A stretch of DNA of 64,000 bases from Chloroflexota bacterium (GCA_964291655.2 OZ219801.1:64001-128000); one strand, 5' to 3'. Positions 29,543 to 39,475 are shown, numbered from the stretch's first letter. The notes: generated by a model from the sequence alone, not told the origin. Numbers and translations: made by a program.

Positions 29543-30139
29543 ATGCCAGTGATTGGACGTATCGTCAAGTCCAACTCCCATACCGACTACGTCTGCCAGG
29601 TCTTCGCCCCCCACGAAACGGATTACGATCCTGTACCTGAGGACTTCGCTTTCGGTCGCTTCGTGGTAACGCCAATTGATCCTGCGGGCGAACGAACGGC
29701 AGTGGGAATTGTGTACGACACCATTCTCCTCAATCCTGACTACGGCAGTGTCGGCCCCCGCCTGAATCCTCCCTCAGACCAAGTAATGCTTGCCCCCGAT
29801 TACTTGGTGGAAAAGGCCACCGCCGTCGGCATCATCATCGTAGGCTATCGGGACGAAGAGGCTAACGAACACGGCGTCATTCCGTACTCATTGCCCGTGG
29901 ATGCAGAAGTTGCCAGCATGAGTGATGTAGACACAAGGCGATTCCACAGAGTAGACGGACACCTTTCCCTCGGCTACCTTCCTCATCTCATCTCGCACCA
30001 GAGTCCTCTCGTCACAGAACTCGGCCTTGCCGTCATTCGCCAATTGCTCTCGCTTTTCCCCGAACCCGGTGACCAGCGCCTGCTGCGCACACTTGCCGCC
30101 CACTTCTCCTGGCAGGCAAGAGTTACACCGCTCGGCTAG
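29543..30139 (+). CDS. Conserved hypothetical protein, probable stand-alone HAS-barrel protein
   Basis: IGRIVKS..., FGRFV and VGIVYD beta pattern resembles the HerA N-terminal HAS barrel. Lies 12 bp after nurA. Confidence 0.65.
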   Translation: MPVIGRIVKSNSHTDYVCQVFAPHETDYDPVPEDFAFGRFVVTPIDPAGERTAVGIVYDTILLNPDYGSVGPRLNPPSDQVMLAPDYLVEKATAVGIIIVGYRDEEANEHGVIPYSLPVDAEVASMSDVDTRRFHRVDGHLSLGYLPHLISHQSPLVTELGLAVIRQLLSLFPEPGDQRLLRTLAAHFSWQARVTPLG

Positions 30140-30186
30140 CAGCATCTTGACGGATTCCGACACTACCCTGAAAACAGGCTGATTCA

Positions 30187-30244
30187 CTCCGGTAGCACAG
30201 ATTTGAAATCTGCGGCTCCGGTAGCGTAGGTTTCAAACCTGCGG
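30187..30244. repeat. Tandem pair of GTAG-type REP elements (29-bp unit)
   Basis: CTCCGGTAGCACAGATTTGAAATCTGCGG followed by CTCCGGTAGCGTAGGTTTCAAACCTGCGG. Same family as 47371-47399 and 61220-61248. Confidence 0.8.
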
Positions 30245-30489
30245 CCACCGCCGCTATGCCAGCGCAAAGCCTGTCCGGGGACATTGATATAGGGGAAGCG
30301 GAGGCGCTGGCAAGCCCCGGGGCACGCTTGCGGGAGTGATGACTTTGCCGGTAGTCCCTTTACCTCGTGGGTCGCGTTGAGTAGGAATGCCTGGAACGGT
30401 TCAGACATCCCTTTTGCGGTACGGTAGCTCTGGTACACTTAGGTAGAATTTCTATTCCCATCCTTCAGAGAACATAAGGTGATTGGCGC

Positions 30490-31257
30490 ATGCGCGAAAA
30501 CCCGGTCAAGCAGCTTCTTAGCGCGGGGAAACCCGCAATCGGCACCTGGCTTACCCTTGGCGACCCGCTGGCGACGGAATCTCTGGCGCACATGGCATTT
30601 GACTGGCTCAACGTCGATATGGAGCATGGTTCCATTGACGTGCGTGATACCCGCGCCCTGTTTCAGGTCATCAATACAACTGATGTCGTGCCAACCGCTC
30701 GCGTACCCTGGAACGACCACGTGTGGATTAAGCGTGTGCTCGATGCCGGCGCATACGGCGTCGTAGTGCCGATGGTGCGCACGCGCGATGAGGCTGAGCG
30801 GGCCGTTGCGGCATGCCACTATCCTCCTGCCGGCATTCGCAGCATCGGCAGCGGGCGCAATCACTATGCCTTCCGCACAACACAAGCCGCGTATTTGGAG
30901 CATGCCAACGATCAGCTTCTCGTAGTCATTCAGATCGAGCACGCCGATGCCATACGGCGGCTCGACGATATCCTCAGCGTCCCCGGCATCGACGCCGCTT
31001 TCATCGGGCCGAACGATCTCTGTGCCTCTTTGGGCCTGCCGCCCAGCACCGATAGCAATCATCCGGACTTCGAAGCTGCCATTAGCCAGGTCGTATCGGT
31101 AGCTCAAAAGTACGGCGTGGCTCCCGGTATTCATACCAGCTCCGGCCACGCGCTGAACATGCGGCTCGAGCAAGGCTTCCGCTACATGGGCCTAGCCAAC
31201 GACCAGAGGCTTCTCATCAAGGGCGCAACCGATGAACTGGACATTGTCCGGCGGTAG
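30490..31257 (+). CDS. HpcH/HpaI class II aldolase family protein
   Basis: FDWLNVDMEHG, RVP, LDAGAYGVVVPMV, QIE, FIGPNDL. Confidence 0.92.
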   Translation: MRENPVKQLLSAGKPAIGTWLTLGDPLATESLAHMAFDWLNVDMEHGSIDVRDTRALFQVINTTDVVPTARVPWNDHVWIKRVLDAGAYGVVVPMVRTRDEAERAVAACHYPPAGIRSIGSGRNHYAFRTTQAAYLEHANDQLLVVIQIEHADAIRRLDDILSVPGIDAAFIGPNDLCASLGLPPSTDSNHPDFEAAISQVVSVAQKYGVAPGIHTSSGHALNMRLEQGFRYMGLANDQRLLIKGATDELDIVRR

Positions 31258-31342
31258 CAATAGGCGACGAGACACTTTGGTAGCTGCCGCTACGGCCAAC
31301 CCTGGAATGGACAGCGAGCATCACAACTAAGAGCGCAGACCG

Positions 31343-33217
31343 ATGATCATTGGCATTGCCAAGGGACCCGGCGAAACACCGAACGAGTATACATTCGTCA
31401 CCCCTGATACCGAACGGCGGGTAAAGACGAGCGAGTTCGTCTATTACGAAGCCGAGGTTGACGGCACGCAGCGTCAAATACTCGGACGTGTGATACGGCG
31501 GGTACCGCTGCGACTCTATCCGGATTCCTTCCTCGCCCATCCGGAAGTTGACCCGGCGCAAATGGCAGCGCTCGTCGGCTACCACAGTTCTTCCGAGCTG
31601 TCCCCGAATGGCACGGTTGGACCCGATACTGCCTCTGACGAACTCTTCGAAATCCACGTCAGCATCATGGGCTACCACGATGCGCAGTTGAGCGCCTTCG
31701 TCAACCCGCGCATCCCGCCGCGCATTGGCTGGAAAATCTACCTGGCACCGGACGACGCGCTCGCAGCGGTGTTGAATCGAGTCGTGTTTGACCGCAATAT
31801 TGGCGAAGCAGAGCGAGGCGGTGCATTTGTCGGGTCTTTACTCTCCCGTCCCGCCTTCAACCCGAAAGCAGATATCACCGAGGGAGTGCCGGTGGTATTG
31901 GATGTCCGTTCCATAACGGCAACGCACATGGCAATCATCGCCGGTACCGGCGCGGGCAAAAGTTATCTTGCCTCCGTTCTGATCGAAGAGATGATGAAGT
32001 CCATCAACCGCGCCAGTATTCTCGTTGTAGACCCTCATGGGGAGTACGATACGCTGGAGGAAATTCGAAATGCCGCCGAATTCAATGCCGACGACGGTTA
32101 CAAGGCAGAGGTAAAGACCGTCCCCCAGGACCAGGTGAAGATTCGTGTATCTGATCTTACGTTCTACGACATGCGCTTCCTCCTCGGCGCGCAATTCGGC
32201 CTCTCCGGGCCCATGGAATACGCACTGCGATTGGCGTTGGATCGCGTGGAGGGCGATCGCAAAGACAAGTCCGCATGGACAACGGGTGACCTCTTTGGAG
32301 CCTTGGAACTCATGCAGAACGGAGAGGAAGAGCAGGCAGCGGCACAGTCTCGTCATTCCCGCGAAAGCGGGAATCCATCTTCAGACGACGGCGACCTCGA
32401 CTGGCTCGACGACGCTGGCAGAGTGGAGCAGCAGAGCAGTCGCGCCAAGCCGGACCTGCAAATGCGCGGCAGTGCACGAGCGTTGCATTGGCGCCTCAAG
32501 AGCCTCTTCGCCGAGTCACCGAACTTCGACAACATTGAATCCATCGATCTCCACCAGCTCTTCCGTCCCGGTCTCTGTTCCGTGCTGCAGCTCAACGAAA
32601 TCGATCGCCGCCAGCAGCAAGTAATCGTGGCCGTACTCTTGCGCATGATTTGGAAAGCCCGCATGAATGCGGCTAAGGGAATTGGCGGCCCGAAGGACCG
32701 ACTTGATTATCCAGTCTTCGTCCTGCTCGAAGAGGCCCATCACTTTGCCCCGGCAAATGAAGACGTGGTCACCACGAATATCCTCAAGACCGTCCTGGCC
32801 GAGGGGCGCAAGTTTGGGGTAGGCGTGGGCCTCATCAGCCAACGCCCCGGCAAGCTCGATTCCGACGTACTCTCGCAGTGTATGACGCAATTCCTGCTGC
32901 GCATCGTCAACGAGTATGACCAGAGCAGCGTGGCCGCGGCCGTCGAGAGCGCGAGCCATGACCTTTTGATGGAATTGCCGGCACTCTCCAAGGGGCAGGC
33001 GATTGTGGCCGGAGCCGCCGTCAATACGCCGCTTTCAATTCGAGTCAGGAAGCGGATCACGCGCCACGGGGGCATAGAACCCGATGCGCCCGCCGAGTGG
33101 GCCAAGTACTTCTCGGACGAGACGCGCCGCCGTCGCGAAGTGGACGCCTCCGGGCTGCCGGATGGACCGCCGCGCGGGCGCAGCAACATTCTGCGCAAGA
33201 GCAGCGACCGTCGCTAA
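31343..33217 (+). CDS. herA: HerA-family ATPase / DNA translocase
   Basis: N-terminal HAS barrel, HMAIIAGTGAGKS Walker A, DPHGEY, LLEEAHHF Walker B and EGRKFGVG...SQRP...SQC. Confidence 0.92.
   Translation: MIIGIAKGPGETPNEYTFVTPDTERRVKTSEFVYYEAEVDGTQRQILGRVIRRVPLRLYPDSFLAHPEVDPAQMAALVGYHSSSELSPNGTVGPDTASDELFEIHVSIMGYHDAQLSAFVNPRIPPRIGWKIYLAPDDALAAVLNRVVFDRNIGEAERGGAFVGSLLSRPAFNPKADITEGVPVVLDVRSITATHMAIIAGTGAGKSYLASVLIEEMMKSINRASILVVDPHGEYDTLEEIRNAAEFNADDGYKAEVKTVPQDQVKIRVSDLTFYDMRFLLGAQFGLSGPMEYALRLALDRVEGDRKDKSAWTTGDLFGALELMQNGEEEQAAAQSRHSRESGNPSSDDGDLDWLDDAGRVEQQSSRAKPDLQMRGSARALHWRLKSLFAESPNFDNIESIDLHQLFRPGLCSVLQLNEIDRRQQQVIVAVLLRMIWKARMNAAKGIGGPKDRLDYPVFVLLEEAHHFAPANEDVVTTNILKTVLAEGRKFGVGVGLISQRPGKLDSDVLSQCMTQFLLRIVNEYDQSSVAAAVESASHDLLMELPALSKGQAIVAGAAVNTPLSIRVRKRITRHGGIEPDAPAEWAKYFSDETRRRREVDASGLPDGPPRGRSNILRKSSDRR
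32351..32377. repeat. CGTC-type REP palindrome embedded in frame in herA
   Basis: CGTCATTCCCGCGAAAGCGGGAATCCA (27 bp, translated as RHSRESGNP). An intergenic relative lies at 58056-58082. Confidence 0.8.
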
Positions 33218-33309
33218 AGAGACCCGCGCCGACTCACTATGTACGCTGGGCAGTAAGACCGGTCACGTTCACATGCAATCATTCTTCGCCCACATAGAGG
33301 ACTATCCAG

Positions 33310-34365
33310 ATGCCCTTCAACTATGAGTACGACCGGCGCATACGCGCAGGCTTCATCGGCTGCGGCAAGCACGCCTTTCAAAGTATTCTGCCCAGCTTGC
33401 AGTATGCCTCGGTAGAGTTGGTGGCGGTCTGCGATCTCATTGAGGAACGCGCCCGGTTTTGTGCACGGCAGTTTGGCGCCCTGCGCTGGTACACCGACTA
33501 TGCCGAAATGCTCAATCAGGAGGAGCTTGACGCAGTCTTTGTAGTGCTCAATCACGACATTCAAGGGCGACCGCAGTACGCGCCGGTCGCGATTGACGTG
33601 CTGCGGGCGGGACTCCACGTTTGGATCGAGAAGCCGCCGGCATCGACGCTGGCCGAAATCGAGGAGATGCAGGCGGCGCGGGAACAAGCGCAGCGCTTCG
33701 TTCAGGTGGGCTTTAAGAAACCCTTCTATCCTGCCATCCAGCACGCCAAGGAATTAATGTCCCAACCGGAATTCGGCGCACCGACGTCGGCGTATGTCCA
33801 CTACGCCGTAGACTTGCCACCGGTCGAGGGGCGACCCCACAGTCCCGAGATGATGCGCTTCCTCCAGATCGGCTGTCATCCACTCTCGATCTTGCAATTC
33901 CTGCTTGGTCCGGCGCAGACGCTCTATTTCGCCGATGAAGCGCGGTGGGGCAGTTCATTAGGGGTCTTCACGTTTGCCAGCGGCAGCATCGGCTGTCTGC
34001 ACCAAGCCGCAGGCAAAGGGGAAAATGCGCCGTGGGACCGTGTGGAGGTGAATGGCGAGGGTGCTTCCATAGTGGTTGAGAATGGCATCGACCTTACGTA
34101 CTATCCGCCGGGACAGCCGCGCTCCAGGGAGTCATTCGTCAGCGATGACGCCGCCGCTCCCCGCCGCTGGCTGCCAGACTTCTCCCACGGACGTCTTGCC
34201 AACAAGGGGCTCTTCCTCCTGGGCTACGCTCCCGAAATCATCGCCTTTGCCGAGAGCGTGCTCGAGAATACGCCGCCAAAGACGGCAACGCTCGAGGACG
34301 CCCATGATGTCATTCGCATGTATCTTGGTTACACCCAAACTGCGGGACAGGTCATTACGCTGTAA
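33310..34365 (+). CDS. Gfo/Idh/MocA family oxidoreductase
   Basis: AGFIGCG, AVCD, IEKP, VGF. Confidence 0.9.
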   Translation: MPFNYEYDRRIRAGFIGCGKHAFQSILPSLQYASVELVAVCDLIEERARFCARQFGALRWYTDYAEMLNQEELDAVFVVLNHDIQGRPQYAPVAIDVLRAGLHVWIEKPPASTLAEIEEMQAAREQAQRFVQVGFKKPFYPAIQHAKELMSQPEFGAPTSAYVHYAVDLPPVEGRPHSPEMMRFLQIGCHPLSILQFLLGPAQTLYFADEARWGSSLGVFTFASGSIGCLHQAAGKGENAPWDRVEVNGEGASIVVENGIDLTYYPPGQPRSRESFVSDDAAAPRRWLPDFSHGRLANKGLFLLGYAPEIIAFAESVLENTPPKTATLEDAHDVIRMYLGYTQTAGQVITL

Positions 34366-34400
34366 ACCTTGTCTTTGTGTAAGCTGAGCTTACAAGTGCT

Positions 34401-34424
34401 GTAGCGCGGGGGCTAGTCCCCCGC
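34401..34424. repeat. GTAG-type REP (second family)
   Basis: GTAGCGCGGGGGCTAGTCCCCCGC. A relative lies at 57262-57283. Confidence 0.7.
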
Positions 34425-34523
34425 TTCCTTCTCTTCCTCAGGCACGCCAGCGCGGAGGCTAACCATGATCGGAAAACCTGCGTAGCCTCAACTGCTTAGA
34501 GCTTAGTAATTAGTGCTTAGAGC

Positions 34524-34577
34524 TCAAACCGGCGGCGGTATCGGCGGCAGATCGTAGTCGCGCACTGCCAAGGCCAT
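34524..34577 (-). pseudogene. Diverged duplicate of the last 18 codons of the adjacent aldo/keto reductase
   Basis: Translates as MALAVRDYDLPPIPPPV*, versus LALEARDYDLPPIPPPV* in the intact gene. Confidence 0.75.
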
Positions 34578-34581
34578 TGCT

Positions 34582-34609
34582 CCGTTCGTGCTGAGCTTGT
34601 CGAAGCATG
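34582..34609. repeat. REP-like palindrome (CCGTTCG..CTGAGCTTGTCGAAG family)
   Basis: CCGTTCGTGCTGAGCTTGTCGAAGCATG. Relatives at 61007-61033 (+) and 61597-61622 (-). Confidence 0.75.
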
Positions 34610-34684
34610 GACTGAGCCAAGCGCTAGAATTCTCAATCCAACGAGACCGACTAATGAAGCTTTGAAAAGCTCGTCGCTCTTTCC

Positions 34685-35644
34685 TCACACCGGCGGCGGA
34701 ATAGGCGGCAGATCGTAGTCGCGCGCCTCCAGAGCCAAGACCTGCGCCATTTCCTCAGTTGTAACCGTCTTGCCACCCGAGGCCCGTACGTTGTCCTCAA
34801 CTTCGGCAACCGTCATCGCCCCGGGAATCACGCCATGCACGCCCGATGTGGCAAGCACGAACTGCAGCGCGGCCTGCGTCATCGTGCGCCCGTTCGTGAG
34901 AAAGTCCAGCTTCTCCACACGCGCCAGCACGGCATCGATGAAGGCCGACGAAAATTTGCGCCGGTCGTCATGATCGTCGAAGACCGTCTTGCGCGTAATG
35001 GCGCCGGTGAGGAACCCAAAGTGGAAGTTTTCTCGCGCGATTACACCCACGTTTCTTGCATCAGCCAATGGGAAGAGTTCCTTGGCGGGCAAAGTGTATA
35101 AGAGACGATATGCCTGCTGGATGACATCCACCTGCCCCTGGTCGATGAGACGCATCGCCAGTGGAATACCCTCATCTACTGACATGACGGAGAAGCCTGT
35201 GGCCCTGATTTTGCCCTGCTCCTTCAGGCGGACGAGCGCTTCCAGGCCGTCGTCACGAAAGAGATCCTCATCCGGGCTATGGAGATAGTAGATGTCCAGG
35301 TAGTCCGTACGCAGGCGGCGCAGGCTCTGCTCGACTTCGCGCATAACCCTTGGGCCTGAGTAGTCAAAGCTCTGCCGCCCGCCGGGAAACATGCCCACCT
35401 TGCTGGCCAGCACCACCTCGTGACGCCGCCCCGCGATGGCATCACCGATCACCTCTTCACTGCGGCCGTTGCCATATATGGGAGCCGTATCGATGTGGTT
35501 TATGCCAAGCTCCAAGGCGCGCAAGATCGCGCCCCGCGACTCCGCGTCGTCCGCCCGCCCATAACGGTCGCCGCCCATCCCCCACGTCCCCAACCCCACC
35601 TCCGAGATGCGAATGCCCGTCCGCCCTAACGTCCGGTATTCCAC
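34685..35644 (-). CDS. Aldo/keto reductase
   Basis: RTLGRTG..ISEVGLGTW, DTAPIYG, SK, SLRRLRTDYLDIYYLHSPD. GGGAGG RBS precedes GTG at 35644. Confidence 0.93.
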   Translation of the reverse strand: MEYRTLGRTGIRISEVGLGTWGMGGDRYGRADDAESRGAILRALELGINHIDTAPIYGNGRSEEVIGDAIAGRRHEVVLASKVGMFPGGRQSFDYSGPRVMREVEQSLRRLRTDYLDIYYLHSPDEDLFRDDGLEALVRLKEQGKIRATGFSVMSVDEGIPLAMRLIDQGQVDVIQQAYRLLYTLPAKELFPLADARNVGVIARENFHFGFLTGAITRKTVFDDHDDRRKFSSAFIDAVLARVEKLDFLTNGRTMTQAALQFVLATSGVHGVIPGAMTVAEVEDNVRASGGKTVTTEEMAQVLALEARDYDLPPIPPPV

Positions 35645-35838
35645 AGTACAAACCTCCCTGCCACTGGGTTTCCTTGGCACTCATTCTCGTACATCTTGAA
35701 TTCGGCGTCCATGCATCGACATTACTCTCGTGCTGCCTTCGTCACCTTCCAATTGATGGGGCGCTGCAAGCTTCTTGTTGGGGAATTGGATACTTCATTG
35801 CGAAATTTCGCTCTTTCCAAGCGAACACCTGAAATGTA

Positions 35839-35870
35839 TGTCACTCCGCTGCGCTTCATTCGGAATGACA
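35839..35870. repeat. TGTC/CGTC-type REP palindrome
   Basis: TGTCACTCCG-N12-CGGAATGACA, related to 54786-54818. Confidence 0.6.
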
Positions 35871-36066
35871 CATGTTCCTGTCGAGCACAATACATGGATC
35901 TCTTGCTTGTTTTATTGAATATGCTGGCAAATTACCTGACACTTCCATCCGCGCGATAGGCCAGTCAGGCCTACACCGCCCACATTTTCATTCGACATGC
36001 GGCTGGGCTTTCCGGTATTCTGTTGCTGGTTTCTTGTATCAGTTAACAGTCTGGTTATTCCCTGAC

Positions 36067-37251
36067 ATGAAGATTCACGAATTTCAAGCGAAAGACATTC
36101 TGGCGCAGTACGGGTTGCCGATTCCGCCCGGGCATGTGGCGACCACGCCGGAGGAGGCGCGGGAGGCGGCGGCCGAGATTGGCGGTACCGTGGTCGTAAA
36201 GGCTCAGGTGCTTGTCGGCGGTCGAGGCAAAGCGGGTGGCGTAAAACTAGCCGCCACACCGGAAGAAGCCGCGGAGAAGGCAGCGGACATCTTGGGCATG
36301 GACATCAAGGGCATCACCGTACAGCGGGTCTTGGTAGCGCAGGCCGTAGACATCGCTACCGAGATCTATCTCGGGGTGATCCTCGACCGCACAACGAAGG
36401 CCATCACTATCATGGCAAGCGCAGAGGGCGGCGTGGAGATCGAGGAGGTCGCGCGGGAGACGCCGGAAAAAATTCATCGCGTGCACGTGCACCCCCTCGC
36501 CGGATTCGCCGACTACCAAGGCCGCCAACTGGCGTTCGACATTGGCATTCCGTCCGACCTTAGCAGGGATTTTGCACGCATCGTCAAGACTCTCGTGCAG
36601 GCGCTCACCGAGAACGACGGCGAGCTGGTTGAAATCAACCCGCTGGTCATCACCGAAGACGGTACCATTCAGTGCATCGATGCCAAGATCAACCTAGACG
36701 ACAACGCCCTCTTCCGCCACAAGTCTCTCGCGGATCTGAGAGACCACGATGAGGAAGAGCCCGCGGAACGCGCGGCCCGCGAAGCAGGGCTGTCGTTCGT
36801 CAAGCTGGACGGCACCATCGGCTGCGTCGTCAACGGCGCCGGACTTGCCATGGCGACCATGGACACGATCAAGCTGAGCGGCGGGAGTCCGGCTAATTTT
36901 CTCGATATTGGCGGCGGCGCTCGAGCCGAAAGCGTCGCCAATGCCCTGCGCATCATCCTCGATGACGAAAACGTAAACGCCATCCTCTTCAACATCTTTG
37001 GCGGCATTACCCGGTGCGACGAGGTAGCGCGGGGAATTGTGAGCGCCCTGCCGTCGCTATCCCGTCAGGTGCCGATGGTGGTGCGCCTCGTCGGCACTAA
37101 CCAGGCAGAGGGTCGCGCAATCCTACAGGAGGCCGGGCTCGTGGCCGCCGACACCATGCATGCCGCTGCGCAGGAAGTAGTGAGAGTGGCGGCTGTGCCA
37201 CAGGCGACTGCGCCGAAGGCGGCGGCAGTGCCGAAGGCGACGGGCTCATGA
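36067..37251 (+). CDS. sucC: Succinyl-CoA synthetase beta subunit
   Basis: [52 protein letters not shown]. Confidence 0.97.
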   Translation: MKIHEFQAKDILAQYGLPIPPGHVATTPEEAREAAAEIGGTVVVKAQVLVGGRGKAGGVKLAATPEEAAEKAADILGMDIKGITVQRVLVAQAVDIATEIYLGVILDRTTKAITIMASAEGGVEIEEVARETPEKIHRVHVHPLAGFADYQGRQLAFDIGIPSDLSRDFARIVKTLVQALTENDGELVEINPLVITEDGTIQCIDAKINLDDNALFRHKSLADLRDHDEEEPAERAAREAGLSFVKLDGTIGCVVNGAGLAMATMDTIKLSGGSPANFLDIGGGARAESVANALRIILDDENVNAILFNIFGGITRCDEVARGIVSALPSLSRQVPMVVRLVGTNQAEGRAILQEAGLVAADTMHAAAQEVVRVAAVPQATAPKAAAVPKATGS

Positions 37252-38120
37252 GCATACTAGTCGATGAGCAAACTCGCCTGCTCGTACAGGGCATCACCGG
37301 TCGTGAGGGCACGTTCCATACGGAGCAGATGGTGCAGTACGGTACGCAGGTTGTGGCAGGTGTTACTCCGGGCCGCGGGGGCCAGGAGGCATGCGGTGTG
37401 CCGGTCTACAATACGGTTTCCAAGGCGGTCCGCGAGACGGGCGCAAACGTCTCGATCATTTTTGTGCCCGGTCCTTTTGCGCCGGACGCCATCTTAGAAG
37501 CGGTGGATGCCGGTGTATCCTTCGTGGTCTGCATCAGCGAGCACATTCCCGTCCAAGACATGCTGCGAGTCTTTCATTATGTACATCTCAAGGGCGCACG
37601 CTTACAAGGGCCAAACTGCCCTGGCCTCATATCACCAGGTAAGGCCAAAGTGGGCATTATGGCAGGTGACATCCACATGCCCGGTCCCGTGGGCGTCGTC
37701 AGCCGCTCCGGCACGCTTACATATGAGGTGGTCTCTCATCTCACTGGCGAGAACGTCGGACAGTCCACCGTCGTCGGCATTGGCGGCGATCCGGTGATTG
37801 GCACCGGCTTCATCGACGTCCTGCGCATGTTTGAAGGTGATCCGGCAACTGAAGCGGTGGTCATGATTGGCGAAATCGGCGGCACCGATGAGGAGGAGGC
37901 CGCCGCTTACATCAAGGCACACATGACCAAGCCCGTCGTTGGCTTCATTGCCGGTCGCACCGCCCCACCGGAGAAACGCATGGGACACGCCGGCGCAATC
38001 GTCTCGGGCGGCATTGGCACGGCGGAATCAAAAATCAACGCGCTTCAGGCCGCAGGCGTGGATGTGGCAGATTTCCCCCGTGATGCGGCGCTGCTGGCAG
38101 CCGATCGAATCAAGGGATAA
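37248..38120 (+). CDS. sucD: Succinyl-CoA synthetase alpha subunit
   Basis: [32 protein letters not shown] (phospho-His). Confidence 0.97.
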   Translation: MSILVDEQTRLLVQGITGREGTFHTEQMVQYGTQVVAGVTPGRGGQEACGVPVYNTVSKAVRETGANVSIIFVPGPFAPDAILEAVDAGVSFVVCISEHIPVQDMLRVFHYVHLKGARLQGPNCPGLISPGKAKVGIMAGDIHMPGPVGVVSRSGTLTYEVVSHLTGENVGQSTVVGIGGDPVIGTGFIDVLRMFEGDPATEAVVMIGEIGGTDEEEAAAYIKAHMTKPVVGFIAGRTAPPEKRMGHAGAIVSGGIGTAESKINALQAAGVDVADFPRDAALLAADRIKG

Positions 38121-38161
38121 CTGCTGAAGAAGCTTTCATCTATGTGGAGGGCAGGGAACCT

Positions 38162-39475
38162 ATGGCACTCTTACTTGGCGCCGCACAACGCAACATTTCG
38201 CCCCCTTTGGGCACGCACATGGCGGGTTATTACCACGTACGGCCGGCCAGCGCCGTGCATGATGATCTCTTTGCCAGGGCGCTCGTCATCGACGACGGCG
38301 ACACAGCAATTGCGCTGGTAACTTGCGATCTGGTCTCTATTCGTGAAGAAAGCGTTGTCAACGCTAGGCAGCAGATCGCAGCAGCCACCTACATTCCCGG
38401 CGGCAACGTGCTTATCTGCTGCACTCATACGCACACCGGCCCCATTACGCGCGGCGACCGTAGCTCAGCCACTTTTGGCAGCATGAGCGAATCGTACATG
38501 GCGAACCTGGAAGCGCAGATCGCCGGGGCGGTGCAGGAAGCATGGGAATCCCGAACGCAAGGCACATTGCGCATTGGCAAGTCACAAGAGACTCGCATTG
38601 CCTTCAACCGCCGCTTCCACATGCGTGACGGCAGTGTCAAAACAAACCCGGGCAAGAACAATCCCGATGTCATTGAGCCGGTCGGTCCTATCGATCCCGA
38701 CGTTTACGTGCTGCTCGCGGAAACCAGCCGAGGCGATCCTATTGGTGTACTCGTCAATTACTCGCTCCACGCCGACACAACCGGCGGCGACCAGATTTCG
38801 GCCGACTATTCCGGTTGGATGGAGAAGCACTTCAAGAATATGTCGCCGGAGTTAGATGATGCCGTCCTGCTCTACGCCAACGGCTATTGCGGCGACATTA
38901 ACCATGTCAACGTGAACGATCCAGACCAACTCAAGGGGTTCGCAGAGTCTGAGCGTATCGGCCGCTCGCTGGCTGAGAGTGCCACCCAGGCGTTATCGCA
39001 CTTGGAGCCACTACAGGGTGGAATCGTCCATGCAGCCCAGCAATTTGAAGCGCTGCCCGCGGTTGTTCCGACCGCGGAAGACATAGCCTGGGCACGGGAA
39101 GCGGTGGCTGCCTCACCGATGGGCGGCGGCCCGGGACGAGACGATCTGGTTAAGGCGCATCGCGATCTGGCACTACAGGAGTTGAATGAGCAGCACTTCG
39201 CCACGGAAGTCCAGGTATTGGCCGTTGGCAACGTCGCGATTACGGCCCTCCCCGGTGAGATCTTCGTCGAACTTGGACTCGCAATCAAGGAGCACTCGCC
39301 GTTCGAGCACAATCTGCTGGCAGAGCTGGCAAACGGCAACCTGGGGTACATCTGTACGGAAGCGGCATATCCGCAAGGGGCATATGAGCCGACATCCAGC
39401 CGCGTACAGCCGGGATCCGGCGAGCAACTCGTCCGCGCGGCTCTCGACCTGCAGCGTACGATGGCTGGGACATAA
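38162..39475 (+). CDS. Neutral/alkaline ceramidase N-terminal-like metallohydrolase
   Basis: HDDLFARAL, THTHTGP, NRR, NYSLH, ISADY, GDIN, PGEIF, GY. Confidence 0.82.
   Translation: MALLLGAAQRNISPPLGTHMAGYYHVRPASAVHDDLFARALVIDDGDTAIALVTCDLVSIREESVVNARQQIAAATYIPGGNVLICCTHTHTGPITRGDRSSATFGSMSESYMANLEAQIAGAVQEAWESRTQGTLRIGKSQETRIAFNRRFHMRDGSVKTNPGKNNPDVIEPVGPIDPDVYVLLAETSRGDPIGVLVNYSLHADTTGGDQISADYSGWMEKHFKNMSPELDDAVLLYANGYCGDINHVNVNDPDQLKGFAESERIGRSLAESATQALSHLEPLQGGIVHAAQQFEALPAVVPTAEDIAWAREAVAASPMGGGPGRDDLVKAHRDLALQELNEQHFATEVQVLAVGNVAITALPGEIFVELGLAIKEHSPFEHNLLAELANGNLGYICTEAAYPQGAYEPTSSRVQPGSGEQLVRAALDLQRTMAGT

Noticed and set aside
30187-30244. Two 29-bp direct repeats as a mini-CRISPR
   Set aside because: There is no spacer between the units and no cas genes. 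Dispersed single copies identify them as REPs.
23742-33217. Interpretation of the HerA cluster as a known anti-phage system (Sir2-HerA, Nezha, DUF4297-HerA)
   Set aside because: No Sir2 or DUF4297-type effector is present. The partners are NurA, Mre11 and Rad50, which point to DNA repair.
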